NCBI RefSeq assembly: GCF_009914755.1
Contig: NC_060931.1
Strand: one strand, 5' to 3'
Source: the human T2T-CHM13v2.0 reference genome, Homo sapiens
Length of the DNA stretch: 64,000 nucleotides
Under the pieces are notes generated by a model, which was not told the DNA's origin, ran no database searches, and was given only the letters and a program-made list of their open reading frames with translations. The first letter of the stretch is position 1; each line of letters begins with the position of its first letter. Made by a program: the position numbers and the translations under genes. Below, in pieces: positions 19,545 through 35,170 of the stretch.

Positions 19545-19884
<340 letters not shown>

Positions 19885-20568
19885 CTACTGTAGTCAATTA
19901 AGTGTGCAATAGCATTATGTCTAAAATATTATGTATATACCTTACTTTGAAAATACGTGATTGCCAAAAAATGCTAACCATCATCTGGGCCTTCAGCAAG
20001 TCATCATCATTTTGCTGCTGGGTGGTCTTGTCTCAATGTTGATAGCTACTGACTGATCAGGGTGGTGGTTGCTGAGGGCTGGAGAGGGAGTGGCAATTTC
20101 TTAAAATAAGATGACAATGAATTTTATCGCATTAACTGACTCTTCCTTTCACAAAAGATTTCACTGTAGTGTGCTACGCAGTTTGGCAGCATTTTACCCA
20201 CTGTAGAATTTATATCAAAATTGGAACCAATCCTCTCAAACCCTGCCATTCCTCTATCAACTAAGTTTATAGGATATTCTAAGTCCTTTGTTGTTCTTTC
20301 CACAATGTTCACAGCATTTTCACCAGGAGTAGATTCCATCCCAAGAAACCACTTTCTTTCCTCATTCATAATAAGCAACAATAATATATTATTTTATATA
20401 TATTATATATGTATTATATAATCTAAATTATATATACTATATAACATCATATAATATATAATGTAATATATATTATATTATGTATTATTATAATGTAATA
20501 TATATTATATTATGTATTATTATAATATAATATGTATTATAATATTATGTATTATATAAGCAAAAGTG

Positions 20569-20952
20569 ATATCCCTTGGTTTTTAAAGATAATACAAAGT
20601 GGATTTTAGTAACAATCTTGAGTTGTCACAGAAGCTAAAGAAGTTGGGGATTCCATGAAGCCATCCAAGCATATAAAGTCCATCTCCCTGGGTCCCTTTT
20701 CCTTAGCTCAAGGCCACAAAAAATCAGAACATGAATTCCAGCCCACATTTGCATTATGTCTAAATAATTATGAGTTATAAATGAAGCTAACAAATAGTTA
20801 AATGTGTTCTATTCTCCTACTTTGATAAATATACTGCCATAATCACCCACAAGGTCAAAGTCGAGTGTAGAATTCTCTGATTCCTTGGTGCCCTGCAGAG
20901 GAATGTCGTAGTAAAGGGAGAGCCGATCCTGAGCCCCAGGCTAAACTTTTTC
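20569..20952 (+). repeat. Duplicated copy of 18247-18630 inserted in Tigger1, preceded by AT-rich filler (20380-20560)
   Basis: Direct sequence comparison. Confidence 0.95.
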
Positions 20953-20992
20953 CATCTAATTCCATTTATTTCCATTAAGATTGCAGCAATTT

Positions 20993-21302
<310 letters not shown>

Positions 21303-21969
21303 TCACATCTTCAGGCTCCACTTGTAATTCTAGTTCTCTTGCTATCTTCACCACAACTGTGGTTACTTCCTCTGCTAAGGTCTTGAACCCCTCAAAGTCA
21401 TTTATGAGGGTTGGAATCAACTTCTTCCAAACTCCTATTAATGCTGCTATTTTCACCTCCTCTGGTGAATCATGAATGTTCATAGTGGCATCTATCATAG
21501 TGAATCCTTTCCAGAAGGTTTCCAATTGACTTTGCCCAGATCCATCAAAGGAATCATGACCTATGGCAGTAACAGCCTTATAAAATATATTTCTCATATA
21601 ATAAGGCTTGAAAGTCAAAATGATGCCTCAATCCATGGACTACAGAATAGATGTTGTGTTGGCAGGCATGAAACCAGCATGCGTTTCCCTGTACATCTCC
21701 ATTAGACCTCTTTAGTCACCAGGTACATTGTCAAAAAGCTGAAGTATTTGAAATGAATCTTTTTTTCTGAGCTGTAGGTCTCAACAGTGGGATTAAAATA
21801 CTCAGTAACCCATGCGGTAAACAGCTCTGATATCATCCAAGTGTTGTTGTTCCATTTATAGAGCATGGGTAGAGTAGATTTAGCATAATTCTTAAGAGGT
21901 GCCCTAGGATTTATGGAATAGCAAATGAGCATTGGCTTGTAACAAGAAAGTCAGCCTGTCCTTTAAATC

Positions 21970-22278
21970 TTTTTTTTTTTTTTCTTGATATAAGGTCTCA
22001 ATCCATTGCACAGGCTGGATTGCAGTGGCATGATCTTGGCCCACTCCATACTTGACCTCCTTGGCCCCATAATCCTCCCACCTCAGCCTCCTGAGTAGCT
22101 GGGACTAGTAGCATGCACCACCATACATGGCTTATTTTTTTTTATTTAATTATTTTTTGTTAGAGACAGGGTTTCACCATGTTGCCCAGGCTGGTCTGAA
22201 GCTCCCAAGCTCAAGCCATTCTCCCACTTCAGCCTCATAGAGTGCTGGGATTACAGGCATGATCCACCCTGTCTGGCC
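21970..22278 (-). mobile_element. Alu (AluJ-like)
   Basis: Reverse Alu motifs. Confidence 0.85.
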
Positions 22279-22736
22279 TCTAAATTTATGTTATGGACAC
22301 TCATTTTCATGGTTAAAATGTCCTGAATTGACTGTGGCCTGTTGGGAGGTGGGATGGAGGAAACTACTTATGGAAAATGAAGAAGAAAGGGAAGCACATC
22401 AGAAGGAAGAAAGTGTCATCAATTTTTACATCAAGAACTCCATGATAAAGAGAAAGTACAGGTGGCCTGTTATCATGGCTGACCATTGGACTGTAGACTG
22501 CACCTGCATCTACCAGGTTCTTCTGGATAGTCCCAGTTTTAAATTTTTGACCCGATATTCATGAACACAGTGCTACTGGTCAGAACTTTGTCCAGGTTTA
22601 AGCTTCAGAACATAATGTCTTCATGCATTGGGAGGCCTGGTTATGGTTATGATTCTGCCCTGGGGCATCTGCCCCTTCTGACCTGGAGGTAAACTTGGCA
22701 TCTACTACTTACCTCCACAATTGAACAGCCAAGGAT

Positions 22737-22875
22737 GGGCTGAGCACAGAGGCTCACATCTGTAACTCCAGCACTTTGGGAGGCCAAGGCAGGAGGATCA
22801 CTTAAGGCCAGGAGTTCAAGACCAGCCTGGGCAATATAGTGAGATCTCGTCTCTGTAAAAACAAACAAACAAAAC
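22737..22875 (+). mobile_element. FLAM/Alu left monomer
   Basis: ggctgagcacagaggctcac...gagatctcgtctctgtaaaa. Confidence 0.8.
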
Positions 22876-22906
22876 TGAGGATGGGTGGGTGACAGGGAGC
22901 AGTTCA

Positions 22907-23395
<489 letters not shown>

Positions 23396-23584
23396 ATGTT
23401 TTCTACAAGAAAGGAGTTACTTTGTACTGTGAACTGATGTGAAGGGACCCGCCATGTGTAAGCTTTTGGATTGATGACAGTTATTTCTAGATTACAGAGG
23501 TGGGAATGCTTGTTGATCATCTTCTATGTTCTTTGTTATATTGATTGATTTTTTAAAATTAGCATTTTTATAACAATAAAGTCA

Positions 23585-23920
<336 letters not shown>

Positions 23921-24887
23921 ATCTAAATGTAATTGAGTTGAATATTTAAACTTTTAATTGACATTTCAAATTAGATTATAATTCCATTTAAAAGAGCATC
24001 TCATAGAAGCAAATGTACTCAATTATATTAACTCTGTGGTATCATTTAAGCAATTCATTTTGTGAAGGGACACAAATCCAACCAGATTTTAACAGTGTAT
24101 AAATATGTATTTATTAATTTAAGTACAACGACAATACTCTCAACTCCCCATTTGAATAAAGGAGAGCATCTGATCTGTGTTCTGGGACAGCGTGCACTAT
24201 AGGTGTGTGGAAATACCGATGCCCTCAGCTGTGTGGCAGGCTCAGTGGGACCTGGAGTGCAGAAGCCCCTGGGCCATTCACCTCTGGCCACAAAAGTCAT
24301 TGTCCATTTACCCCCAACTGCTATAGAAATACTATTTTCAGTGGTTGTTATGATGCAAAAGAAAAGAAGCAGGGAGATTTATTAAACTTTTACATATAAG
24401 ATATGTTAGTAAATAAAGGCTACTTTCTTCTGGCTTAACTAAAAATCTATACTAGTATTTATGCCTTTTGGAAATTAGAGATGCCAATTTAAATATCATG
24501 AAGCAAAGCAACTGAGTATTAGGTAAGACAGACAAGTACAATTGCAGAATTGTAGAGCTTATGTGTTACATGTATAAGAATATTTCACAGCAATAATCTT
24601 TTAAGACTCTGTGAAGACACTCCACAGTGAAGCAGAAATTAGAACAGAATTAATAATACTGTGTATGCTCTTAGTTCACCAATTTATCAAAACTAGCTTT
24701 ATGATTCAGGAGGGTGTCTGGCTCTTTTGCAATGGGAAGAAAAGAAATAATATTTTATTTTTTGACTCTTTAGATTTTCTTCACTAACAGTATTTCCAAG
24801 GCTAAGTAAGGGGGTTGCAAGTAACACCAAGAGAAAAAAGAAGTCTTGAGCAGCTTTTTAAAAATGGTCTTAAAATATGGAAAATGA

Positions 24888-25277
<390 letters not shown>

Positions 25278-25279
25278 AA

Positions 25280-28200
25280 AAGGGAAGGGGCCAAGTATAT
25301 CAAAGACATTGAAGAAGAGGAAAGATTTGTCCTGCCAAATATCAGAACTTTTATAAAGCTACTGCAATTAAGACAGTGTGGTTCTCACTGATAAATTGAC
25401 TAATGAAACAGGATAGAGAGTTCCCAAGCAAATCTCCACAAATTTAATCTTTGATATGTGATGTAGGTGAAATGGCAGATCAGCAAGGAAAGAAAGGGCT
25501 TTTCAATAAATAGAATAGAAAAATAATGGTTATCGATATAAGAAACAAAATGAAATTATATTCCTACTTCACTCTATATACAAACATTAAATTCCAGACG
25601 GACAAAAGACTTACATGTCAGAAACAAAACTTTAAACTTTTCGTAGAAAATGTAAGTGAATGAGACACAAAAAGCCATTTAACCATTAAAAAAGATTAGA
25701 CATTTTGACTATCACAAAATCAAGAACTTTTTACATCAAAAAGTGGAAAGATAGGCTGGGCACAGTGTCTCAAGCCCGTCATCCCAACAGTACATCACCT
25801 GAGGTCAGGAGTTTGAGACCAGGCTGGCCAACGTGGTGAAACCCCATCTCTACTAAAAATACAAGAAATTAGCGGGGTATTAGTGGCAGACACCTGTAAT
25901 CCCAGCTACTTGGGAAGCTGAGGCACGAGAATGGTCTGAACCCGGGAAGTGGAGGTTGCAGTGAGCCACTGCACTCCAGCTTGAATGACAGAGTGAGACT
26001 CTGTCTCAAAAACAAAAAATAGAAATTAAAAAATAAAGTAAAATAGTGAAAAGATAAACTATGAATTAGAGAAGATATTTGCAGTAACTGAAACCTATGA
26101 AAGAGTTAATATCGTATCAACTAAGTATAAGGAGCTCCTATGAATTAATTTTAAAAATAGCAACCCAACAGAAAGTTGGGAAAAGACATTAATAGGGATT
26201 TCACAAAAGAGAAAGCCTGCAAAACATAAAAATTTTCTCAAGCTCATTAGTAATCAGGGAAATGCACAAGATACTACACATCTATTCTCTCCACAAATAT
26301 TAAGAAGTTTGACAATACGAAATGTATTAGCCCATATTCACACTGCTGATAAAGACATACCCGAGACAGGGAAGAAAAAGAGGCTTAATTGGAGTAAGGG
26401 TTCCACATGGCTGAGGAGGCCTCAGAGTTATGGCGGTGGATGAACAACACTTCTTACATGTCAGTGGCAAGAGAATATGAGAAGGAGGAAAAAGAAGCAA
26501 AAGACGAAACCACTGATAAACCCATCAGATCTTGTGAGATTTACTCACTATCACAAGAATAGCATGGGAAAGACCGGCCCCAAAGATTCAACTACTTCCC
26601 CTGCTTCCCTCCCTGAACACATGGGAATCCTGAGCAATACAATTCAAGTTGAGATGTGGGTAGGGACATAGTCAAACCATATTATTCTGCTCCTGGCCCC
26701 TCCAAATCTCATGTCCTCACACTTCAAAACAGATCATGCCTTCCCAACAGTCCCTCAAAGTCTTAACTCATTTCAGCATTAACCCAAATGTCTGCTGTCC
26801 AAAGTCTCATCTGAGACAAGGCAAGTCTCTTCTGCCTATGACCCTGTAAAATCCAAATCAAGCTAGTTACTTCCTAGATACAATGGGGGTACAGGTAATT
26901 GAGTAAATACAGCTGTCCCAAATGGGAGAAATTTGCCAAAACAAAGGGGTTATAGGCCTCATGCAAGTCCAAAATCCAGCAAGGTAGTCAAATTTTAAAG
27001 CTCAAAATGATCTCCTTTGACTCCATGTTTCACATCAAGGTCATGCTGATGCAAGAGGCAGCCTCTCACAGCCTTGGGTAGTTCTGTCCCTGTGGCTTTG
27101 CAGGGTATAGCCCACCTCGTGGCTGTTTTCATGGGCTGATGTTGAGTTGGGCTGATGTTGAGTGTCCGCAGCTTTTCCAGGCTCATGGTGCAAGATGTTA
27201 GTGAATCTACCATTCTGGGGTCTGGAGGAGAGTGGCCCTCTCCTCACAGCTCCACTAGGAAGTGCCCCAGTAGGGACTCTGTGTAGGGGCTCCAACCCCA
27301 CATTTCCCTTCTGCACAGCCCTAGCAGAGGTTCTCCATCAAAGCACCACCCCTGCAGTAAACTTCTGCTTGGACATCCAGGTGTATTCAAACATCCTCTG
27401 AAATCTAGGTGGAGGTTTCCAAACCTCAATTCTTGACTTCTATGCATGTGCAGGCTGAACACAACGTGGAAGGTGCCAAGGCTTGGTGCTTGCACTCTCA
27501 AGGCCATGGCCTGAGTTCTATGTTTTCCCCTTTCAGCCATGGCTGGAGGGGCTGAAACGCAGAGAAACAAGGCCCTAGGGTACACACCACACAGTGAACC
27601 TGGCCCAACCCAGAAATCCATTTTATCCTCCTAGGCCCCAGGCTTGTGATGGGAGGGGCTGCTGTGATGACCTATGACATGTCCTGTAGACATTTTCCCC
27701 ATTGTTTTGGGGATTAACATTCAGCTTCTTGTTACTTATGCAAATTTCTGCAGAGAGCTTGAATTTATCCTCAGAAAATGGGATTTTCTTCTCTATCACA
27801 TTGTCAGGCTGCAAATTTTCCAAAACCGTATGCTCTGCTTCCTTTACAAAACTGAAGGTCTTTAACATCACCCAAGTCACCTCTTTAATGCTTTACTGCT
27901 TAGAAATTTCTTCCAGTAGATACTCTAAATTATCATTCTCAAGTTCAAAGTTCCACAAATCTCTAGGACAGGGGCAAAATGCTGCCATTCTCTTTGCTAA
28001 AACATAACGAGAGTCACCTTTGCTCCAGTTCAAAATAAGTCCCTCATCTCCATCTGAGACCACCTCGGCCTGGACCTTATTGTTCAAAACACTATCAGCA
28101 TTTTTGTCAAAGCCATTCAGCAAGTCTCTAGGAGGTTCCAAATTTTCCCACATTTTCCAGTGTTCTTCTGAGCCCTACAAACTGTTCCAACCTCTGCCTG

Positions 28201-29150
28201 TTACCAAGTTTCAAAGTCGCTTGCACATTTTTGGGTATCTTTTCAGGAGCACCCCACTCCACTGGTATCAATTTACTGTATTAGTCTGTTTTCACACTGC
28301 TGATAAAGACATACCCAAGTCTGAGAAGAAAAAGAGGTGTAAAGAAAAAGAACTGTAATTGGATTTACAGTCCCACATGGTGGGGGAGGCCTCAGAGTCA
28401 TGGCAGGAGGTAAAAGTCACTTCTTACATGGCAGCAGCAAGAGAAAATGAGGAGGAAGCCAAAGCAGAAACTCCTGATAAACCCATCAGATCTCATGAGA
28501 CTTATTCACTATCATGAGAATAGCACAGGAAAGACTGGCCTCCGTGATCCAATTACCTCACCCTGGGTCCCTCCCATAACATGTGGGAATTCTGGGAGAT
28601 AGAATTCAAGCTGGGATTTGGATGTGGACACAGCCAAACCATATCACCAAATATGGAGAGACTGTGGATCAACAAGATCATCTCGAACTAATACAGGAGG
28701 TGAGAGTTTAAATTAGAACAACCACTTTGGAAAGCAATTTGGATTCTTATAAACTTGAGCATTCTCATATGTTATGGCAAAGTAATTCCTCTACCATAGG
28801 CCCTGGAGAAACTCTTGCCCATATGTACAAGAAGTAGTAAAAAAAAAAAAAATGCTCATGTAATGCCATTCATAATAGCAAAAATCTGGAAATAAGCCAA
28901 ATGTTCATTAATAGGAGAATGGGTAAATTAATAGGAGAATGGGTAAATAAATTATACCCTTAAAAACTAAATAATATGTCATTTAGGGTAATCATATGTA
29001 TGCAATAAAACAATTTTTTTTTAAAGGAAGAGAATCCTAAACATAAATTCAGGGTAGTAGTTACCCTCGGGCTGAAGGGTGAAAATCGGGAAAAAGGACA
29101 GAAGAGGAGATGTTAGGGTCAGAACCCTAGTTCTTTGGTTGTGTTGTAAG
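25280..29150 (+). mobile_element. Old L1 (L1M/ME) 3' ORF2/UTR fragments hosting an Alu (25753-26035) and THE1A
   Basis: aagctactgcaattaagacagtgtgg, ctcattagtaatcagggaaatgca, acaaccactttggaaagcaattt, ttcataatagcaaaaatctggaaa. Confidence 0.65.
26323..28646 (-). mobile_element. THE1A MaLR provirus (LTR 26323-26684, internal region, LTR 28277-28646)
   Basis: Two LTRs tgtattag...aaaccatat(t/c)a matching recalled THE1A, ~1.6 kb internal region, 5-bp TSD cgaaa/ccaaa (one mismatch). Confidence 0.92.
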
Positions 29151-29336
29151 TTCACAAGTAATTACCATGTTGTTCAAATACATTTACACAGAGGCCCAGG
29201 CACAGACAAGGATGAAATGGAGCCAAGGTATGCTATGAGCCAAGGATTATGATTAATCCAATTTTGTGCACTTTAAGCCATTTGAAAAACAGAAAAGCAA
29301 AACAACAAAATAATTTTTAAGAAATTGAATATAGGG

Positions 29337-29722
29337 TGCTATGCTCTGAATGTGTCCCCCTAAAATTAATCACCAATGTCATAGGATTAGGAAGTAGGGC
29401 TTTTAGCTAGTGATTCAGTCATGAAGGGAGAGTCTTCACGAATGAGTTTAGGATCCTTACACAAGGACTGGAGGGAGTGGGCTTCCCCTGTTTTGCCCTT
29501 CCACCTTCTACCATGTGAGGACACAGTGCATTTCCTCCTGAAGACACAGTGCTCAAGATAGCATCTTGGATGCAGAGACCAGACCCTCACCAGACACCAA
29601 TCCTGCTGGCACCTTGATCTTGGACTTCCAGCCTATGGAACTGTGAGAAATACATTTCTGTTCTTCAGAAATTACCCAACCTAGTGTATTTTCTTATATA
29701 GTAGCACAAACTCATTAAGGCA
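29337..29722 (+). mobile_element. MaLR solo LTR (MST/MLT1A-like)
   Basis: tgctatg...accatgtgaggacacag...ctggcaccttgatcttggacttccagcc...gaactgtgagaaatacatttctgtt. Confidence 0.8.
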
Positions 29723-31824
29723 CAATGCCTCTTGTCATTTTCTTCTACAATTTTCTTTGTTGCCTCTTTAGCACTGGGTCATTTTATATTTGATCCTTCA
29801 TAATATGTCTTACTTTTGGTTTTTCACATTTCTGTTCCAAGTGTATTCTTAGATACATATTTTCCACTATTATTTAGCCTCAGGGGTTGCCTGGGAGTGT
29901 GTGTTTCTGTGCCACTGCAGTGGGACTCTGTGTGTGTGTGTGTCTCCCATTATCTCTTCTCTGTCTCTCACCCTCTGTGTGTTTCTTTCCCTCTCTCTAT
30001 CGGTCTGCGTGTGTGTGTATGTGTTTGTGTGTGTATGCCCGTGTGCATGTGTGTCTTTGGAAGAATGTGCTCTGTTCGCCAAAATGTGATTTTTTGCATG
30101 TCTCCCAGTCTTTGGTTAGCCTCTTTCTGTGTCTCTGCCTGGGTCCTGTGGCCGGTTGCCCATCATTTTCACGGCGGTTCCACTTTGGGTTTGTGAAGGC
30201 CTCGATCATGTGAGGAGATGCGTCGGTCCCAGAGCAATCAAAGTCTCATCCCCATCCTGAGCGGCCTCTTTTCTAGGATCAAGAGGACCACACTCCAGCC
30301 CAGGACAAAACCCCACAGCAGCACATTGTCCGGCAGGAGAGGAGCAGACCCACCTTCAAGAAGATGGTTGTACCCCTGCACGGCTCTTCTCTGAGCAATG
30401 AAGCCAAACCACGATACAATTCTGAAGAGGAAGCCGGGAATGGGAGACAGCAACAATCCCTGTCCCTGGAACACTGGCCTCTCTGGACAAGTCACGTGTT
30501 TCGCACTCCTCCCCTTATGCCCGTGGCGATGGCAAGGTTCTGTAACCTGCCTGGGCTCTGGCCTCTGCTCTGTCCTCCCTCTTGCTCTGTCTCCCCTGTT
30601 TCTGAGGGGTCTAGTTGCCTCTTGGTCTGGCTGAATAACTTATACGAAGATCGCTTCCCAGTCCATCAGGGAGACACTTCCTGGAGATCCGTGTCATGAC
30701 TCTTTCTCTCTCCAAACCTGTTTCTGCTGGATTAGGCAGGTCTGATGAGCCTGGAACACTTGGCTTCCATACGTGTCTCAGACAGGGAAGCTTCCTTGGT
30801 CTCCTTGTTTCACCTCATGGGTGGGTGGATTCCCTAGAATGAGCGCTAGGTGACCGTGACTGGCCTTGTCTTTTAGGACAGATGGTGTCCCATTACCTCT
30901 GCACGTCCAGTCTCACAAATGAGGGATATCCTCTCCTCTGCGCATAGGTGGACTGACTCCCTGAATCTTTTGGCTGTAACGAATGTCAGGAAACCAAAGG
31001 AACTGGGCTGGCCCTGGGGAAGGGGTTGGGGCTGGGTGCAGGGAAGGTTGTGTCAGGGCTACCTGGGCAGGGGAGGCTTCGGGGTGGGGTGAATGTTGCA
31101 GAAAACTCCTTGCTCCTCTGGCAGGCATTTCAAAATGTGGCTTGGACTGAGGCCCAGGCCTCCTCCTTATTCCCAGGTGTCCTTTGATTTTCCTTCGAGC
31201 TCAGGGAAAGGCCACTTGTTCCGCCTTTCCACTGGGCACATGCCTGGACACCAGTGTTGGTTTCGCCATCACAACATATGCCTCCGGTGACACACATTCA
31301 CACCATCTGCTGTGAAATACGCGAGTGCCATGCGTGATCGCATTGTCTCCACCTCGGATTTGCACCGTCCCTGTTTGCACCTATCCTGGAAAGCCATGTC
31401 TGCTTGCAAGAGCCCAACAGCTTTTAGAAGCGGAGCAGGTCACTGCTCTTTCAACGGAGGAGGGAGGCAGAGGGCTCACTGATTAGTGAACTTTCAGCTG
31501 ACACCACGGCTTCAGGGCCATGTGAACATTCTGTGCTGCAGCGACGCCCTGCCTGAATAACCAGATGTGCTGAGCTTATCCTTTCTAACAAGGAGGGGTC
31601 CAAACTAGGATCTGAAGAGGAGTCCTGAGAACCCAGTAGGTGCCCTGAAGTTCCCCCTCCATCGGTGGAAGTCTGATCAAGGAGGTCCTGAAGCCTGGAC
31701 TCCTGGCGGTTTGGCCCTGGGACACGATACTCAAGGCCCAATCTCCCACGCCGCCCCAAACTGGACCCCGGATCCAGCCACCACCTCAGCTGCATCAGGA
31801 GCCTTGCCGCTGCCAAGTAGCGGT

Positions 31825-31905
31825 GGCGTTATTTAAAGGGGATGCAGCCTGACTGCCATGAGGGGAGCGCAAGTCGGACCAGCCAATACGCATGCGCGAG
31901 GCGCC
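31825..31905. promoter_or_regulatory. SST1 promoter-like module: TTTAAA, CCAAT box, NRF1-like site
   Basis: tatttaaa 31830-37, ccaat 31883-87, acgcatgcgc 31888-97 inside a CpG-rich stretch. Confidence 0.55.
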
Positions 31906-32087
31906 AGCGGCTTCTCCCATCACAGTGCTTCCCACTGTTGTCGTAGAAACCAGTCCTCGAGGCTTGGCAAAGTGGGAGCCTACTGTGGCAGTGCTTGGGT
32001 GTCGGGGCTCTGAGGCTCCAGCCTGACCTCTCCACGGGGTCGACGGGAACCTCTCCGGATGCCAGGAGTCACAAAGGGCCGACCAGG

Positions 32088-32823
32088 ATGAGGAAACACC
32101 AGGCGGAGTCCGGAGGAAGCAGCACCGCATCCCAGCCCCAGGCCTTCCCGGACGGTGTTGGTTGGGGTGAGTCTCCCCAAAAGTCGTGCCGCCGTGATCT
32201 CGAGGACAGGTCGGCCTGCGTGCCCCTGGGCTGCTCTCACACCCAGGGGTCGTTCTCGTTGAGAGCAGAACTCCGCAGGCTCAGGGCTTGGCTGGCGGTG
32301 TGTGTTTCAATGCTTCTGCTGTATGACTCTGTGTGTGTGTCTGGGTGTGTCTGTGTGTGTGTGTCTCTGTGTGTGTCACCCATTCGCTCTTCTGTCTCTG
32401 TCCCTCGGTCTCTGTGTGTTTCTTTCCCTCTCTCTGTGGGTTTGTGTGTGTGTGCCCGTGTGCGTGTGTGTCTTTGGCCGAATGTGCCCTGTGCGCCACA
32501 AAGCGGCTTCTGGCATGGCGGCCCGTCTTTGGTGAGCCTCTTTCTGCGCCTCTGCCTGGGTCATGAGGGCCGGTTGTCAATCGTTTTCACCGCCCCGGAT
32601 CCGCTTTGTGTGTGTGAAGACCTGGCCCACGTGAGGAGATGCGTCGGTCCCGGAGCAACTGAAATCTCATCCCCATCCTGAGCGGCCTCTTTTCTAGGAT
32701 CAAGATGAACACACTGCAGCTGAGGACAAGAGCCCCACAGGGGCTCTTTGTCCGGCAGGAGAGCAGTGGACCCATGTCAGAGAAGATGCTTGTATCTTTT
32801 CACGGCTCTTCTCTGAGAAATGA
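32088..32823 (+). ncRNA. FAM27A/B/C-like spliced transcript segment (predicted intron 32167-32697)
   Basis: ATG-RKHQA exon, GGG|gtgagt donor, cttttctag|GATCAAG acceptor; exon 2 reads [13 protein letters not shown]...SRLFSEK* like recalled FAM27, but the splice is one base out of frame here. Confidence 0.5.
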
Positions 32824-34209
32824 AGCCACACCACGATACAGTCTGCAAGAGGAAGCCAGGAATGAGTGATGGCAACAATCCCTGTCACTGGAACGCTGGC
32901 CTCTCCGGACAAGCCACCCTTTGGGACCACCTCCCCTTATGACCGCGGCGGTGGCACGGTGCAGTATCCTGCCTGGGCTCCGGCCTCTGCCCTGTCCTCC
33001 CTCTTACTCTGCGTCCCCTGTTTCTCAGGGGCCTGGATGCCTCTCGCTCTGGCCAAATGTCTTCAAGAAAGATGACTTCACAGTCCGTCAGGGAGACACT
33101 TCCTGGAGATCCGTGTCACACGATTGTTTCTCTCTCCAAACGTGTTTCTGCTGGATTGGGCAGGTCTCATGACCCTGGAGCTCTTGGTTTCCATTCCTGT
33201 CTCAGGCAGGGAAGCTTCCTTCTTCTCCACGTTTCCCCTCATGGGTGGGTGGATTGCCTACAATGAGCGCTGGGCGACCGTGACTGGCCTTGTCTTACAG
33301 GACAGGTGGTGTCGCATTTCCTCAGCACTTCCTGTCTCATTCTTGTGGGACATCCTCTCCTCCGCTCCAGGGTGCACTGACTGTCCTTGATCTTCTGGCC
33401 GAAACGAATATCAGGGAACCAAAGGGACTGGGCTGGGGCTGGGTGCAGCCGAAGTTGCGTCAGGGCTACCGGGGCGGTGGAGGGTTGGGGGTGGGGCGAA
33501 TTTTGCAGAAACCTCTTTGCTCCCTGGTAGGCACTGGAAAACGTGGCTTGGGTCAGGAACAGGACTCCTACCCCCCAGGTCCCAGGTGTTCTTTGATTTT
33601 CCTTGGCATTGAGGGAAAGTTCCCTCGATCCCCCCTTCCACCGGCACATGCCTGGACACCACCGTTTGTTTCACGGTGGCCCTGTATGCCTCCGGTGACA
33701 CACGTTCACACCATCCGCTGTGGGATATGCCAGTGCCGCGTGTGGTCACATGGTCTCCCCCTCGGATTCGCCCCTGTTCCTGTTTGCTCGAGTCCTGTAA
33801 AGAGCGGTCAGCTTTCCGGAGCCCCAGGGCTTTTAGAAGCGGGGCAGGCCACTGCTCTTTCCAAGGACGAGGGGCGCAGAGGGCTGATGGATCAGTGAAG
33901 TTACAGCTGACACTAGGCCTTGAGACCTATGGCATCATTCTGTGCTGCAGCGAGGCCCTGCCTGCCTCACCAGATGTGGTGAGCCCATCCTATCCCCCTC
34001 GTAGGGGGCCAAAATCGGATCTTCAGGGGAGTCCTGAGAACACAGCAGGCGTCCTGAAGCTCCCCCTCCCTCGGCGGAAGTCGGCTCCAGGAGGTCCTGA
34101 GGGCAGGACTCCTGGGGGTTTGGCCCTGGGACAGGACAAGACACCCACAGCCCCCTCTCCCACGCCACCCCAAACTGGACTCCGGATCCAGACGCCGCCG
34201 CCGCCGCGG

Positions 34210-34285
34210 CGTTCTTTAAAGGGGACGCGGCCTGACTGCCAGGAGCGGAGCGCCAGTTGGCCCAGCCAATGCGCACGCGCGAGGC
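34210..34285. promoter_or_regulatory. SST1 promoter-like module, second copy
   Basis: ctttaaa 34214-20, ccaat 34266-70, gcgcacgcgc 34271-80. Confidence 0.55.
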
Positions 34286-34576
34286 GTGAGCGCCTTCTCC
34301 CCTCACAGTGGTTCCCACGGTTGTCTTAGAAACCAGTCCCCAAGGCTTGGCTAACAGGAGCCCTCCGTGGCAGTGCTTGGGTGTCGGGGCTCTGAGACTC
34401 CGGCCTGACCTCTCCACGGGGTCGACCGGGACGTCTCCGGATGCCAGGAGTCGCAAAGGGCCGACCAGGATGAGGAAGCCCCAGGCAGAGTCTGGGGGAG
34501 GCAGCACGGCATCCCAGCCTCAGGCCTGCCCAGACGGTGTTGGTTGGGGTGAGTCTCCCCAAAAGTCGTGCCGCCG

Positions 34577-35170
34577 TCATCTCGAGGACAGGTCTGCCTG
34601 CATGCCCCTGGGCTGCTCTCTCACCCGAGTGTCGTTCTCCTCGAGAGCAGAACCCCGCAGCCTCAGGGCTTGCCTGGGGGTGTGTGTTTCAATGCCTCTG
34701 CTGTATGACTCTGTGTGTGTGTCTGTGTGTGTCTGTGTTTGTGTGTGTGTGTGTGTGTGTGTCTGTGTGTGTGTCCGGTTCTCTTTTCTCTCTCTGTCTC
34801 TCAGTCTCTGTGTGTTTCTTTCCCTCTCTCTGTCGGTTTGTGTGTGTGTGTCCATGTGTGTGTGTGTCTTTGTCCGAATGTGCCCTTTGCACCACAAAGC
34901 GATTTCTCTCATGGCGGCCTGTCTTTGGTGAGCCTCTTTCTGCATCTCTGCCTGGGTCATGAGACTGGTTGTCAATTGTTTTTGCCGCTGCGAAGCCGCT
35001 TTGGGTGTGTGAAGACCTGGTCCATGTGAGGAGATGCGTCGGTCCCGGAGCAATTGAAATCTCATCCCCATCCTGAGCGGCCTCTTTTCTAGGATCAAGA
35101 TGAACACACTGCAGCCGAGGACAAGAGCCCTACAGGAGCTCTTTGTCCCGCAAGAGAGGAGCGGACCCAC
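34577..35170 (-). pseudogene. FAM27D1/FAM27E-like ORF (SST1-derived, probably non-coding)
   Basis: LEKRPLRMGMRFQLLRDRRISS...RERERNTQRLRDRE...EQPRGMQADLSSR closely resembles recalled FAM27D1/E predicted proteins; much of it is translated GT repeat. Confidence 0.6.

Noticed and set aside
31995-34962. 200-aa-class ORFs in SST1 (Cys/Val-rich and Pro-rich)
   Set aside because: Overlapping ORFs on both strands of a GC-rich satellite, partly translated GT repeat, with frames not conserved between units
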